Positions 43,186 through 53,777 of a stretch of DNA of 64,000 bases are shown here, piece by piece. The stretch's first letter is position 1; each line of letters starts with the position of its first letter. The notes below the pieces were generated by a model that saw only the letters and a list, made by a program, of their open reading frames with translations, made no database searches and was not told the origin of the DNA. A program made the position numbers and the translations under genes. The DNA is from an uncultured Verrucomicrobiae bacterium (GTDB taxonomy: Bacteria; Verrucomicrobiota; Verrucomicrobiia; Chthoniobacterales; UBA10450): assembly GCA_963726745.1 (NCBI GenBank), contig CAVSDR010000003.1:896001-960000 (forward strand), read 5' to 3'.

Positions 43186-46100
43186 GTGCCCGCCGCGCCG
43201 CCGATCACCCAGAAGCTCCTCGTGACCGCCGGCGGCTGGCCGGTGATGAAACAGGCGCAGCTGCTGCACGCCGCCGGCCGGGTGAGCGAAGCCGCTTACG
43301 AGCCGCCGATGCTTACCGGCATGGTCCGGGAAGGTCCGCGCAACCTGCGCGCCGGTCTGCGGATCAAGACCGAGACGGACGTGGAGAACCTCTGCACCTG
43401 CCGCGAATCGCGCGAGTGGGGCAAAATCTGCGCGCACTCGTTAGCCGTGGGCGTGGCTTACCTCGCGCCCGCTCCGCCGCCCGCCCCCACGGCCGCTCCG
43501 GCCTTCGCCCGCCGCCGCGAAAACAGCCGGCCCTTTGTTCCTCGAGAACGGGTCGGAAAACGCCAGCCCGCTCGTGCTCCATTTCATCCTCCCGCCAAAT
43601 TTCGCGAGCGCCTGGAGCAAGCCGCAGGTCATGCTCGTGACCGAGGTCGAGCTCGGCGGCGCGCGCGTCCAGCCGGTAGCCTTGCGGCCTAACGAGCGCT
43701 ACGCCTGCGACCCGCACGACCTCGCTGCGCTCGACGGCTTCCGCGAGTTCTTCCCTGAGGACGAACTTCTCGCGGCCATGCGGCTCTATCCGCGCGAGAA
43801 ATTTCTCCGGCTGCTGCGGTCGTTCCGCGGCCATCCGCGGGTCAGTTTTGGCAAAGCGAAGCCGGCGGCCATCGCCGCGGAAAATAGCCGGCCGCTTCTG
43901 CATCTGCGCGCTTCCCTGATGGCCGAACTCTCCGCGCCGCTGCTCATCGCCGGCCCGGAAGCCTGGCTGCTCGAAGGCGAAACGTTTCGGCCGTTGCCGG
44001 AGAATTTTCCGGAGGAGTTCCGCTTCCTGGCCGATGGGCGGATGAAAATTCGCGCCGAACGCGTGGCGTCGTTACGCGAGTGGTTCACGGTCGAGAGCGA
44101 CTTCCCGCTCCCGGAGCCGAAGCTCGCGCGGCCGCAGTTCCTCCTCGCGCTCGAGGGTTCGCTCCGCGAAGTGCGTGCGACCCTGCGCGTGCGCTATGCG
44201 GAGGCGGACTGGGAGGGCCCGCTCGCGCGCGCCAGCGAGCAAGTGCTGGTTTCGCGGGCCGATGCGATTCTCCTGCGCGATCTCACCGCGGAAAGCGCCG
44301 CGCTCGCGCGCCTCGAGCGGCTCGGTTTTGACGAGCGCCTGGTCCTGAAGCGCGAGGAAGCGGTCGCACGTTTCTTTGCCTTCGAATACCCGCGCCTGCG
44401 CGAGCAATGGACGGTCACGCTTTCGGCGCAGGCCACCAAGGCGCAGGCCGAGCTGCAACCGCTCGCGCCGCAGATCGAGGTCGTGGCTTCGGGCGAAAAC
44501 TGGTTCGAGATCCAATACTCGTTAGGCACGCCCGACGGGACCCAATTCTCCGCGGCGGAACTGCAGCGCCTGCTTCGTTCCGGGCAGACGAAAACCAAAC
44601 TGCGTAATGGCCGGACCGCGGTCTTCGACCCGGAAGCGATGGCCGACTTCGAGGAGATGCTGCGCGATACCGACCCGACGCAGAAGCAGCCCGGCCTTTA
44701 CCGGATCAGCCGCGCGCACAGTGATTACCTCGCGACGACCGCGCAGGCGATCGGCGCAGATGTGCGTGGGGCTTTGCAGAGCCTAACGAACGCCGTGGCG
44801 CTGCCGCCGCTTGGCGAAATTGGCGGCAAATTGCGCGACTACCAGCGTGAAGGCGTCGCCTGGCTGTGGCGGCTCGGGCAAGGCGGCCTGGGCGGAATTT
44901 TAGCCGACGAGATGGGGCTAGGGAAAACTGTGCAAACGCTCGCGTTTCTCGAAGCCGCGAAAACGAAGGAGCCGGCGCTGATTGTTTGCCCGAGCTCGCT
45001 CGTGACCAATTGGCGGAACGAAGCGCAACGTTGGACGCCGAGTCTGCGCGTGCTCGTGCTCGAGGGTCCGCAGCGGCACGAACGCTTCGCGGAAATCAGC
45101 CGGCACGATCTCGTGCTCACGAGCTACGCGCTCCTCCAGCGCGACGCCGAGCGCTATCGCGCGCTCCAGTTCTCCACCGTCGTGCTCGACGAAGCGCAGC
45201 ACATCAAAAACCCCGACACGCAAAACGCGCAGGCCGCCTTCGCGCTGCAGGCGCGGCGGCGCTTTGTCCTCACGGGCACGCCGATCGAAAACTCGGTGCG
45301 CGATCTCTGGTCGATCATGAACTTCGCCCTCCCCGGCTATCTCGGGAACGCGGGCCGATTTTCGCGAGCGCTACGAGCAGCCGCTCGCGCGCGGCGAAGC
45401 CCCGGCGGTGCAACAGCGGCTGGCGCGCCGGCTCCGGCCGTTCCTCCTGCGCCGCCGGAAATCGCGAAGTGGCCAAGGATCTCCCGGAGAAGATCGAGCA
45501 ACAGGTGCTCTGCGAACTGACTCCGCCGCAGCGCGCGGCCTACGATGGGCTCCTGCGCGAGATTCAATCCGGCCTCGCGAGCGGCAAAAACGCGAACGAA
45601 GGGGCAGTGCGGATGCAGATGCTGGTCGGCCTGCTCCGGCTGCGGCAGGTCTGCTGCGACCTGCGCTTGCTCGATCGCGCGAAGGCCGGCTCGGCCAAGC
45701 TGGAATTGCTCGACGAGCTGCTCGAGGAAGCGATCGATGGCGGGCATCGCGTGCTCGTCTTCAGCCAGTTCGTCTCGATGCTCGCGCTCATTCGCGAGCG
45801 GCTGGAGGCGCAGAAAATCCCGTATGCCTATCTCGACGGCTCAACCAAGAACCGGCAGGCGGAGGTCGATCGTTTCCAAACAGACAGCAAGTTGCCGCTC
45901 TTCCTGATGAGCCTGAAAGCCGGCGGCGTGGGCTTGAATCTCTCCGCGGCCGACACCGTGATCCATTTCGATCCGTGGTGGAATCACGCGGTCGAAGCGC
46001 AAGCGACCGATCGCGCGCATCGCATCGGGCAGACGCGCGTGGTCACGGCCTACAAGCTGATCGCGCGCGGCACGGTGGAGGAGAAGATCGTGCAACTGCA

Positions 46101-46197
46101 GGCGCGCAAACGAAGCGCGAGCGAGGCGACCATCGGGAGCGAGGAGCCGCTAATGAGCGGCCTTTCGAGCGACGACCTGGCGGAGCTGCTGGCGTAA
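43186..46197 (+). CDS. SWIM zinc finger + SNF2 family helicase (frameshifts near 43520 and 45345-45460)
   Basis: CTC...ICAH SWIM, LRDYQREG, ILADEMGLGKT, LDEAQHIKN, LTGTPIEN, SLKAGGVGLNL, QATDRAHRIGQ. Confidence 0.9.
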
Positions 46198-46264
46198 CGC
46201 CGCGTTCACAGGCCGCTCCCCTGGCGCGCGGGGTCGCAGGCCAACGTTGCGGACGGGAAGATTA

Positions 46265-46328
46265 AATTTGGAAACCAGGAAGCCAGAAAGGGGAGCCTCT
46301 TTCTTTCTGGCTTTCTGGCTTCCAAATT
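46265..46328. repeat. REP-like 26-bp-arm inverted repeat between convergent genes (possible terminator)
   Basis: AATTTGGAAACCAGGAAGCCAGAAAG / CTTTCTGGCTTTCTGGCTTCCAAATT. Confidence 0.7.
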
Positions 46329-46390
46329 CATCCCTTCCCCGTCGCTCCACGGGAGATCACGCCCCAGCCCGGAACCAGTGAAGTTGCCGG

Positions 46391-47494
46391 CTATTTTTTG
46401 TCGACGTCCGGATCTTTTTTCAGCTTCTCGAGGTCGACGTCGTCGTTGCTTAACTTGCCTTCGAAAGCCTTGATGAAGGCGTTGCGGAGGACGTTGAAAA
46501 CGGTGTCCATGATTGCGGGTGCGGGATTGTCGAAGCTGCCGGAAATGGGGACGCGGGTGCCGAAGCGATCCTTCGGGTGATTGCGGATCAAACGCGTGAT
46601 CCCGCCGACGATGCCCTGCCAGATGAAGTCGATCGGGTTCTCGGAATCGTGCGCCGGATCGAAGATCGACATCTGGTCGAAGACCGGCTCGAAGTAGCCG
46701 CGGAATTCGCCCTGCTTCGAGGTTAGCTCGGTCGCGAGCTTGAGCGTGCCACCCTCGAAGGTGATCCCGGCGTAGGCCTTGGCAAAGTCGTTCAGCTTCA
46801 CCAGCGGGATGCCCTCGACCTCGATCTTGCTGCTAAAGGTCGGCTTCGCGGCGTAGGGATCGAGATCGATCTTGGACTTGAACTCGCCGGTGCGCAGCGG
46901 CCGCCCGGAGACCTCGATGTTCGCGTTCATCGTCTTCGAGAGCTTCTCGCTGTTGGTCAGGTTGGTCGCGACCACGTCGAAGCGATCCATGACCACGTCG
47001 ACCTTGGGCGACTTCGAGAAATCGCGGTAATGGATCTCGCCGTTGTTGACCGTGAAGCGGTTGATCTTGAGCGGAAAGAGGTCGCGAATTTTCTCAGTCC
47101 ACGGCTCGTCCAGCGGCGCCTGTTTGCCGGCTTTGCTCGCGCTGTTCACGAGGTTGATCTCGGGATGCTCGAAGTTGATCTCGCCGACAAAGGCGCCATG
47201 GAAGAGCGCCTTCCATTCAACCGAAAGATCGACCGCGGGCGCGGCGAAAAACGGCACCGGCACTTTGCCGTCGGTCTTCTTGATGTCGACGCCGTGGATC
47301 GTGTAGGCGCCGCGCCAGAGGTGAAGATCAACGTCGGCCACATGGCCGCGGTAGCCATCGATCTCGGAGAGTTTGCGGTTCACGTAATCGCGCACCCAGA
47401 TGGGCAACATCGCGCGGACCACCAGGAGGGCGACCAGGAGAATGACGGCGAGCCAAAGGAGTTTGCTGCGATAGAGCGCTTTCATGCTTTCCAT
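46391..47494 (-). CDS. DUF748 (AsmA-like) domain protein
   Basis: N-terminal TM, YRGHVADVDLHLWRGAY, LFPLKIN, LRNAFIKA. Confidence 0.75.
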   Translation of the reverse strand: MESMKALYRSKLLWLAVILLVALLVVRAMLPIWVRDYVNRKLSEIDGYRGHVADVDLHLWRGAYTIHGVDIKKTDGKVPVPFFAAPAVDLSVEWKALFHGAFVGEINFEHPEINLVNSASKAGKQAPLDEPWTEKIRDLFPLKINRFTVNNGEIHYRDFSKSPKVDVVMDRFDVVATNLTNSEKLSKTMNANIEVSGRPLRTGEFKSKIDLDPYAAKPTFSSKIEVEGIPLVKLNDFAKAYAGITFEGGTLKLATELTSKQGEFRGYFEPVFDQMSIFDPAHDSENPIDFIWQGIVGGITRLIRNHPKDRFGTRVPISGSFDNPAPAIMDTVFNVLRNAFIKAFEGKLSNDDVDLEKLKKDPDVDKK

Positions 47495-47534
47495 CGTCTA
47501 ACGAATCGAGCCCGGCTGGTGGCCGTGTCGTCGG

Positions 47535-48920
47535 CTAGCCACCGGGCGTCGCCGACGCGCTGGCGCTGGCCGAAGGCAGCGGGAAAGCAAAGGTCGGCGC
47601 TGGCGAAGGCGACGCGGGCGAGACCGACGGGCTGGGCGACGGAGATGGCGTCGGAGTCGGCGTCGGCGTTGGGGTTGGGGTCGGCGTGGGCGTTGGCAAA
47701 TTGCTGACCCATTGGTGCACCGGCACGCCGGCGCCGCCGATCTCGCCGACTAATTCCGCCGCGCGCGCGTTGATCCGCGCAAGATCGGGCGGACCGAAGG
47801 GCGACTCCGCCGTGCCGGGGAAGATCAAGTAAGTGATCTTGAGCTCGTCTATCGGCCGATTGTTTCCCGACGCGCGCGCGCTGATTTCCTTCGCGATGCG
47901 CAACGATGCTTCGCCCGCCTTATCCGCCGGGCCGACGTCGCCCACGAGGGCGGGATAAATCGCGCTGTCGGAGACGACAACCGCGTAGTCGCCCACCTTG
48001 ACGTTCTCCGCGCGCGTGAAACCGCCGGGAACGACGATGAAAGGATCGTTTGCGCCGATCAGGTAGCTGAAGGCCTTCAAGCTCCCGATGTCGCTGCGCG
48101 TTTGCGCGATCGCATTTTTCAAGTCGCGCTTGCGCTCGGCGCTGGTGGTTTTCGCCGCCATCTCGGTCTCGTAACGGGCGATCTTTTCTTCAAAGACACC
48201 GATGTAGGGATTCGGCACCTTGCCCTTCTTTGGCCAGCGATAGCTGGTGAATGGCTGGAAGGTCGAAGAACCGGCGGCGAGCGTCGGCACGCGGTCGGCA
48301 TCGGAGCCGTCGGTGTCGACGTCCATGTCCGATTGCAAGAGCACCGCCTTTCGTTTCGTCTCCGGATGCCGCAGGCGCAGAACGGTCTGCACGTCGAAGA
48401 AATTGTGCCGCGACAGGAGCTGGTCGAGCCGGCCGAGATCCTGGCGCAGCTCCTTCAGCTTTCCTTCGTAGAACTCGTTGAAGTACGGCGAAAGCGCATC
48501 CGGCGTGATCAACGCCGGCAATCCCGGCAGAAGGCGCGCCAGCTCGCCGTTCGCCTTGGCGAGATCGTCCATGCTGGCGTTGGCCGTGGGCACTCGCACG
48601 CGCAGCTTCAGGTCGAGCACGTAACTCTCGGGGTCGACGCGTTCTTCGGAAGCGGTCCGGCCTGGCGTCGGCTCCACCGCGGCCCGCAGCGTGATCCCGT
48701 TAAAGAGGCGGCTGGTTTCGAGCCGCCCGCCGATCGGTCGCGGCTTCGGTTCGGGCGTGGGGGTCCCTACCAGCTCCGGCACGATCGGGGTGACCAACTC
48801 GTGCTGTTGCGTCCAATGCCAGCGCTCGAGCGAGATCCAGCGCAGGACCACGGCCGCGAAGAGCCCGAGGAAAAGCAGCAACACCAGCCAGCGCAAAGTG
48901 CTCAGGCGAAATCGGCGCAC
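47535..48920 (-). CDS. Glycoside hydrolase family 75 (chitosanase-like) membrane-anchored protein
   Basis: DMDVDTDGS, PFIVVP, GDYAVV, VGDVGP, GEAS motifs; C-terminal PT/PS repeats. Confidence 0.7.
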   Translation of the reverse strand: MRRFRLSTLRWLVLLLFLGLFAAVVLRWISLERWHWTQQHELVTPIVPELVGTPTPEPKPRPIGGRLETSRLFNGITLRAAVEPTPGRTASEERVDPESYVLDLKLRVRVPTANASMDDLAKANGELARLLPGLPALITPDALSPYFNEFYEGKLKELRQDLGRLDQLLSRHNFFDVQTVLRLRHPETKRKAVLLQSDMDVDTDGSDADRVPTLAAGSSTFQPFTSYRWPKKGKVPNPYIGVFEEKIARYETEMAAKTTSAERKRDLKNAIAQTRSDIGSLKAFSYLIGANDPFIVVPGGFTRAENVKVGDYAVVVSDSAIYPALVGDVGPADKAGEASLRIAKEISARASGNNRPIDELKITYLIFPGTAESPFGPPDLARINARAAELVGEIGGAGVPVHQWVSNLPTPTPTPTPTPTPTPTPSPSPSPSVSPASPSPAPTFAFPLPSASASASATPGG

Positions 48921-48935
48921 GCGAGAAAGCGCTGG

Positions 48936-49256
48936 TTATCTTCGCACCAGCGCGGCGATCGCGATGATCAGGCCCATCACGCTCAGGACGGACATCATCC
49001 CGGCCGGCATCACGCCGCCAGTCTTCAGGAAAGCCGGCACGAACCGACCCGCAAGCAGCAGCGAAACCACCGCCGCGAGGATGAGCGCCACCAAGGTTTG
49101 CGAGGGAATGAGAAAGGCCGCGACCAGCAGGAGGACGCCGGAGATGGAGCCGGCGATGATCGAAGGCATGCTGCCCTTGCTCACATAGCCGATGATTCCG
49201 CCGAGGATGGTCAACAGTCCGAAGATGATGAAGTAGATTTTCGCGGGGCCGATCAT
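48936..49256 (-). CDS. TMEM14 family membrane protein
   Basis: GGIIGYVSKGSMPSIIAG...MPAG. Confidence 0.85.
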   Translation of the reverse strand: MIGPAKIYFIIFGLLTILGGIIGYVSKGSMPSIIAGSISGVLLLVAAFLIPSQTLVALILAAVVSLLLAGRFVPAFLKTGGVMPAGMMSVLSVMGLIIAIAALVRR

Positions 49257-49297
49257 TGCGCTGCATCCGTAAACGATGGGCGCGCTTCTGTCGAGGC

Positions 49298-50101
49298 CTA
49301 GCGCAAGCCTGCGAGCTCGCGAAACCAGCGCAGGGCTTCGCGCACCGCGCTACGGCTGACCACATGTCCGTGCGGCGTTGTTTCCAAACGCACGCGGGTG
49401 AAGCCGGCGCGCCCGAGCGCCTGCGTCACTGCTTGCTGCTCGGGCAAGCGCGCCACGCGATCGCTTTGGCCCGCGCTCAGGTAGATCGGCGTGCGCAAGA
49501 ATTCGCGGCCGGGCCGGAACTGCGCGTAACCAGCCGCAAGGCGGTCTTCATTGATCCCGGTGAGGAAGATTCCAATCACCCGATTCCCCGCGAGCGCGAG
49601 CAACGGCGCGAGCGAGCCGGCCCGTTTCGCGCCACCGGAAAATCCCGCGATCGCCACCGGCCAGCGGTCCGAGCCGGGAAAGGAACGGTGCAGCGCATCG
49701 AGCGCCGCGAGCGTGGTCCCGGCGCGCCAGCCGGCGGTATCGCGCGCGGGGTTTTGCTCGCCATCGCCCGCGAGCACCAGCCAGCCCTCAGCGAGCGCAG
49801 CTTGCTGGTAAAAATCGCGCAAGTCATCGCGGTTTTTCCGGCCAAAATCGCTCGTCGAGAGCGAAATCAGGACGGGCCACTTCTTGGCCGGATCGAAACG
49901 AGCCGGCACCGCGAGCACCGCCACCGCCTGGGCCGGGACCGCGTTCCCGCCTTCGGCAAGGTAAGCCCGCTGCTGCGTGCTTAAGGGCACAGCCGCGCGC
50001 ACGCTCGCGCCGGGCTGCAGCGGCACGCCCGCGAAATTTGGCGCAGCCAGGGCGTTCCCTGCCATCAGCAGACAAGCGACCATGAGAATGCGCCGTGGCA
50101 T
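49298..50101 (-). CDS. Exported alpha/beta-hydrolase-like protein
   Basis: Signal peptide, AGFSGG nucleophile elbow, G.SD and H near the C-terminus. Confidence 0.6.
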   Translation of the reverse strand: MPRRILMVACLLMAGNALAAPNFAGVPLQPGASVRAAVPLSTQQRAYLAEGGNAVPAQAVAVLAVPARFDPAKKWPVLISLSTSDFGRKNRDDLRDFYQQAALAEGWLVLAGDGEQNPARDTAGWRAGTTLAALDALHRSFPGSDRWPVAIAGFSGGAKRAGSLAPLLALAGNRVIGIFLTGINEDRLAAGYAQFRPGREFLRTPIYLSAGQSDRVARLPEQQAVTQALGRAGFTRVRLETTPHGHVVSRSAVREALRWFRELAGLR

Positions 50102-50203
50102 CCTTTTGTGCTCGCATCTCGCTGGCAAAATGTCGACGCGGATCACGGCGGCGGTCGACCGCGAGCGGAAAGTGAGGCAGCTTGCGGGCGCATCCGCGCC
50201 GGC

Positions 50204-50815
50204 ATGAAATATCCGCTCTCGAAAAATCCCATCTTCTGGACGCTCCAGGGCGAAGGCCACCTCCGTGGCTTCCAGATGTGCTTTGTGCGTCTTGCCGGCT
50301 GTTCGGTTGGCTGCCCCGCGTGCGATACCGATTACCGCCGCGAGACCACCGCGACCGAGGAGGAGATCGCGCAAAGAGTCGACGAGCTCACGCCGAAGAA
50401 CGCGCGCGATCGCTGGGTCTGGATCACCGGCGGCGAACCGACCGATCACGATCTCGTGCCGCTCATCCGTGCGCTGCGCGCGAAACATTTCGCGATCGCA
50501 CTCGCCAGCAGCGGCCATCGCCGGGTCATCCCGCCGGTCGATTGGCTTTCGATCTCGCCGCACGATCCCTCGAAGTGGATGCAAACCTACGGGAACGAAG
50601 TCAAAATCGTCCCCGGCTTGAACGGCTTCTCGATTGAAGACTTCCGCCGCGCGCATCCGGACGACCAGACCGATTTCATGTATCGCTACGTGCAGCCGCT
50701 CTCGATCGGAAAAACGGAGGACCCGGCGAGTCTTCAGACCTGTCTCGAATTCGTCCGGCAGAATCCAAACTGGGCGCTTTCCCGGCAGGATCACCATTAT
50801 TGGGCGGTCCCGTAG
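50204..50815 (+). CDS. queE: 7-carboxy-7-deazaguanine synthase (radical SAM)
   Basis: IFWTLQGEG, FVRLAGCSVGCPACDT, ITGGEP, ISP, LS.Q.H. Confidence 0.85.
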   Translation: MKYPLSKNPIFWTLQGEGHLRGFQMCFVRLAGCSVGCPACDTDYRRETTATEEEIAQRVDELTPKNARDRWVWITGGEPTDHDLVPLIRALRAKHFAIALASSGHRRVIPPVDWLSISPHDPSKWMQTYGNEVKIVPGLNGFSIEDFRRAHPDDQTDFMYRYVQPLSIGKTEDPASLQTCLEFVRQNPNWALSRQDHHYWAVP

Positions 50816-50860
50816 CCGCGGCTTGCACCGCGCGCTTTCCTGCCAGAGACTCGTCGCCTT

Positions 50861-51160
50861 ATGAGCGGCAAATTGCGCGCCCTCACCGCGACGCTCCTTC
50901 TTGGCGCCGTGGCCCTGGCGATCGGCCTCGCGAGCGCGCCGCAACTCCACGACCGGTTGCACCAGCAACCCGGCGGGCAACACGAATGCGCCGCCACCCT
51001 GCTCGCGCATGGCAATGTGGAGCACGCCCCTAACGACACCTTCGCGGTGCCCGCGGCGCCGCCTCCGCAGCCAGCCGTGTTTCGTTTCCGGCCGCAGGCG
51101 CATCTCGCCCTGCGGCTCGCCTTTTCTCTCCTGGAGCACGCTCCACCCGCTGGGCGTTAA
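50861..51160 (+). CDS. Small His/Cys-containing protein, DUF2946-like putative regulatory uORF
   Basis: Hydrophobic N-terminus, LHDRLH...HEC...H, Pro/Ala linker, C-terminal LLEHAPP. Confidence 0.6.
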   Translation: MSGKLRALTATLLLGAVALAIGLASAPQLHDRLHQQPGGQHECAATLLAHGNVEHAPNDTFAVPAAPPPQPAVFRFRPQAHLALRLAFSLLEHAPPAGR

Positions 51161-51288
51161 CTTGCCGGGAGCCTCCAGGGCAAAAGCGCGCGCGTTTCGC
51201 GCCGTTGCCGCTCCCTCCGCAAGCGCCAGACGCACGGTGGATTGATGATTCGTTAGGCGCGAAAGCGTCGGCAGTTTTCGGGGGAGAA

Positions 51289-52869
51289 ATGATGCAACCA
51301 AAGATTTTGTGCGGACTGGTGCTCGCAGTCGCCTGCGCCTGCTCAGGTGCGGCACAGGCGCAGGAACCGTCCCCGCCGGCGAGCGCCGCCGAGATCCAGG
51401 AATTGCGGGAGCAAGTCCAGGCGTTGACCGCGCTGGTGCAAACGCTCCAGCAACAGGTCCAGGCGCAAACCTCGCCGCCGCCGGCGGCCACGGCCGCAGC
51501 CTCGCCCTTGCCGGCCAATCCCGAGCCGTCACCTCTGCCCGCCGCGAGCGCGCCGCCGCTCTTCCCCACGAGCGACGAGGCGGTGGTCGCAAAAACAGAC
51601 AGCAACCTCTCGCCCGCGCCGCCGGTCAACGCCAACGGCGCCGCCTTTCCCACGAGCGACGCTGCCGTCACCGGCGGCAGTGCGACGAGCGAAACCGGCG
51701 CCGCCCTGGCGCAGCCGATTGCACTCGCCGGGGGTAACGGCGGCGGCGGGAAGACCTACATGAACATTTCCTTCGACGGGCTCTTCACCGTCGATGCTTC
51801 GAGCGCGCGCGACGTCAGCCGTCTCCAGGTGGGCGACCACGATCCGCAGCAGCGCGGCTTCAATGCGCGCAACTCCGAGCTCGCGCTCGATGGCGCGGTC
51901 GATCCGTATTTCGAAGGCTTCGCGAACATCGTTTTCAAACTGGATAACGACAACAACACCGAGGTCGAGATCGAGGAGGCGTTCCTGCAAACGACCAGCC
52001 TGCCTTTCGGTTTGCAGCTGAAAGGCGGGCAATTTTTTGCCGCCTTTGGCCGCCTGAACGCGACCCATCCGCACACCTGGGACTGGAGCGATGCGCCGCT
52101 CGTGCTGGGCCGGTTGCTTGGGCCCGATGGACTGCGCGGAGTGGGCGCGCAGCTTTCCTGGACGCTCCCGGTCTCGTGGTATTCGCAGTTTCTTTTCAGC
52201 GTGCAGAATGGCCGTGGCGGGACCGGCTACTCCTTCCGCAATCCCGGCGAGAACGGCCTGTTCTACGGCCGCCTAACGACCGATCGCGAGGCGCGCGGCT
52301 TGCAGGATTTCGTCTGGATCCCGCGCTGGGAAAATTCTTTCAATCTCAGCAGCACGCAGACGGTGCTCGGCGGGGTGTCGGCTGCTTTTGGCTCGAACGA
52401 GACCGGCGGCACTGCGCGCACGCAGATTTACGGGGCGGACTTGCTCTACAAATGGAAGAGCCCGCGCGCGGAAGGCGGCTTCCCGTTTGTGAAATGGCAG
52501 ACGGAAGCGATGTATCGCCGCTTCGAGGCCGGGCGCGGGATCGACCAGCTCTTTCCGGTCGCGGAAACTTTTCACGATTGGGGGCTTTATTCGCAGGTCA
52601 TGTGGGGCTTTCGGAGAGGCTGGATCGCGGGCGTGCGCGGCGAGCATTTGCACATGCAGGAAAGCGCTTTCACCGACGACGAGGTGCGCCAGACGCGCTC
52701 GAGGGTGTCGGCAAATTTAACCTGGCTGCCGACCGAGTTCTCGCGCCTGCGGCTGCAATACAACCACGATTTCCTCGAGGCGAACGACTTCCTCGCGAGC
52801 CGCGACGAAGATTCCCTCATCCTCCAGTTCGAGTTCATCCTCGGCGCACACGGCGCGCATAAATTCTAA
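51289..52869 (+). CDS. Outer-membrane beta-barrel, metal-uptake-associated porin/receptor
   Basis: Signal peptide, coiled coil, GAVDPYF, EEAF, FGRLNATHPH, C-terminal GAHGAHKF. Confidence 0.75.
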   Translation: MMQPKILCGLVLAVACACSGAAQAQEPSPPASAAEIQELREQVQALTALVQTLQQQVQAQTSPPPAATAAASPLPANPEPSPLPAASAPPLFPTSDEAVVAKTDSNLSPAPPVNANGAAFPTSDAAVTGGSATSETGAALAQPIALAGGNGGGGKTYMNISFDGLFTVDASSARDVSRLQVGDHDPQQRGFNARNSELALDGAVDPYFEGFANIVFKLDNDNNTEVEIEEAFLQTTSLPFGLQLKGGQFFAAFGRLNATHPHTWDWSDAPLVLGRLLGPDGLRGVGAQLSWTLPVSWYSQFLFSVQNGRGGTGYSFRNPGENGLFYGRLTTDREARGLQDFVWIPRWENSFNLSSTQTVLGGVSAAFGSNETGGTARTQIYGADLLYKWKSPRAEGGFPFVKWQTEAMYRRFEAGRGIDQLFPVAETFHDWGLYSQVMWGFRRGWIAGVRGEHLHMQESAFTDDEVRQTRSRVSANLTWLPTEFSRLRLQYNHDFLEANDFLASRDEDSLILQFEFILGAHGAHKF

Positions 52870-52874
52870 ACCAT

Positions 52875-53773
52875 ATGAAGAAACTACTCGTTAGCCTGTC
52901 GGCTATTTTCTGCTGCGCCTGGGCGCGCAGGCCAAGCTCAACGTCGTCACCACCCTGCCGGACCTGGGCGCGCTCGCGCGGGAAATCGGCGGCGACAAAG
53001 TCGACGTCACCACCATGGCCAAGCCGACGGAGGATCCGCACTTCGTCGATGCGCGCCCAAGCTTTGTCGTGCAGTTGCGCAATGCCGACGCCTTGATCGA
53101 AGGCGGAGCGGAGCTCGAGCTCGGCTGGCTCCCGCCGCTCCTGCAAAACGCGCGCAACCCCAAGATCGAAGTCGGCAAGCCCGGGCGCATCCAGGCTTCC
53201 GCCGGAGTCCGCCTGATGAATGTGCCGGCTAATGTCACCCGTGCGGCGGGCGACGTGCACGCGCTCGGCAATCCGCACTTCGCGATCGATCCGATCATTG
53301 CCAAGACGATCGCCGCGCACATCGCGCAATCCTTCGGCGAAATCGATCCGCCAACGCCGCTTCCTACACCGCGAACGCAAAAGAGATTCGAGGAAACGAT
53401 CAACGCCAAGCTGCAGGAGTGGGGCGCGGCCATGCTTCCGTTCAAAGGCCAGCATGTCGTCGCCTATCACGATTCCTGGCCCTACTTCGCGCACCGTTTT
53501 GGCGTCGAGATCGATACCTTCCTGGAGCCGAAGCCTGGCATCCCGCCTTCGCCCTCCCACCTTGCGGAAGTGATCGGGCAGATCAAAGCGCAGAAGATCA
53601 AGGCGATCATCGTGGAGCCTTTCCACGATCGGAAAATTGCCGAGAAAGTCGCGAGCGCGACCGGCGCCAAGGTGGTCGACTTCGCGCAATATCCCGGCGC
53701 GCTCCCGGACACGGAGACCTATGTGAAACTGATCGATGCGCTCGTTAGCCGGCTCTCGTCGGCGATGAAATAG
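52875..53773 (+). CDS. Metal ABC transporter substrate-binding protein, ZnuA/TroA-like (frameshift near 52915)
   Basis: EDPHFV, G.ELE.GWL, GDVHALGNPH, YHDSWPYF, EPKPGIPPS..HL. Confidence 0.88.
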
Positions 53774-53777
53774 CCTT

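Noticed and set aside
43186..46197. SNF2 helicase as an anti-phage defence locus
   Set aside because: SWIM-SNF2 is a widespread standalone gene; no methylase, nuclease or other defence genes adjoin it
47600..47700. Short tandem repeats (GGCGTC/GGGGTT)
   Set aside because: Encode a Pro-Thr/Pro-Ser linker
50204..50815. queE as part of a 7-deazaguanine DNA modification (dpd) system linked to the motif
   Set aside because: No dpdA/tgt-like, queC or queD genes adjacent; simplest reading is housekeeping queuosine synthesis
50102..51592. 764-aa minus-strand ORF 49298..51592
   Set aside because: The upstream two thirds are antisense to queE and the uORF/porin; only 49298..50101 looks like a real protein
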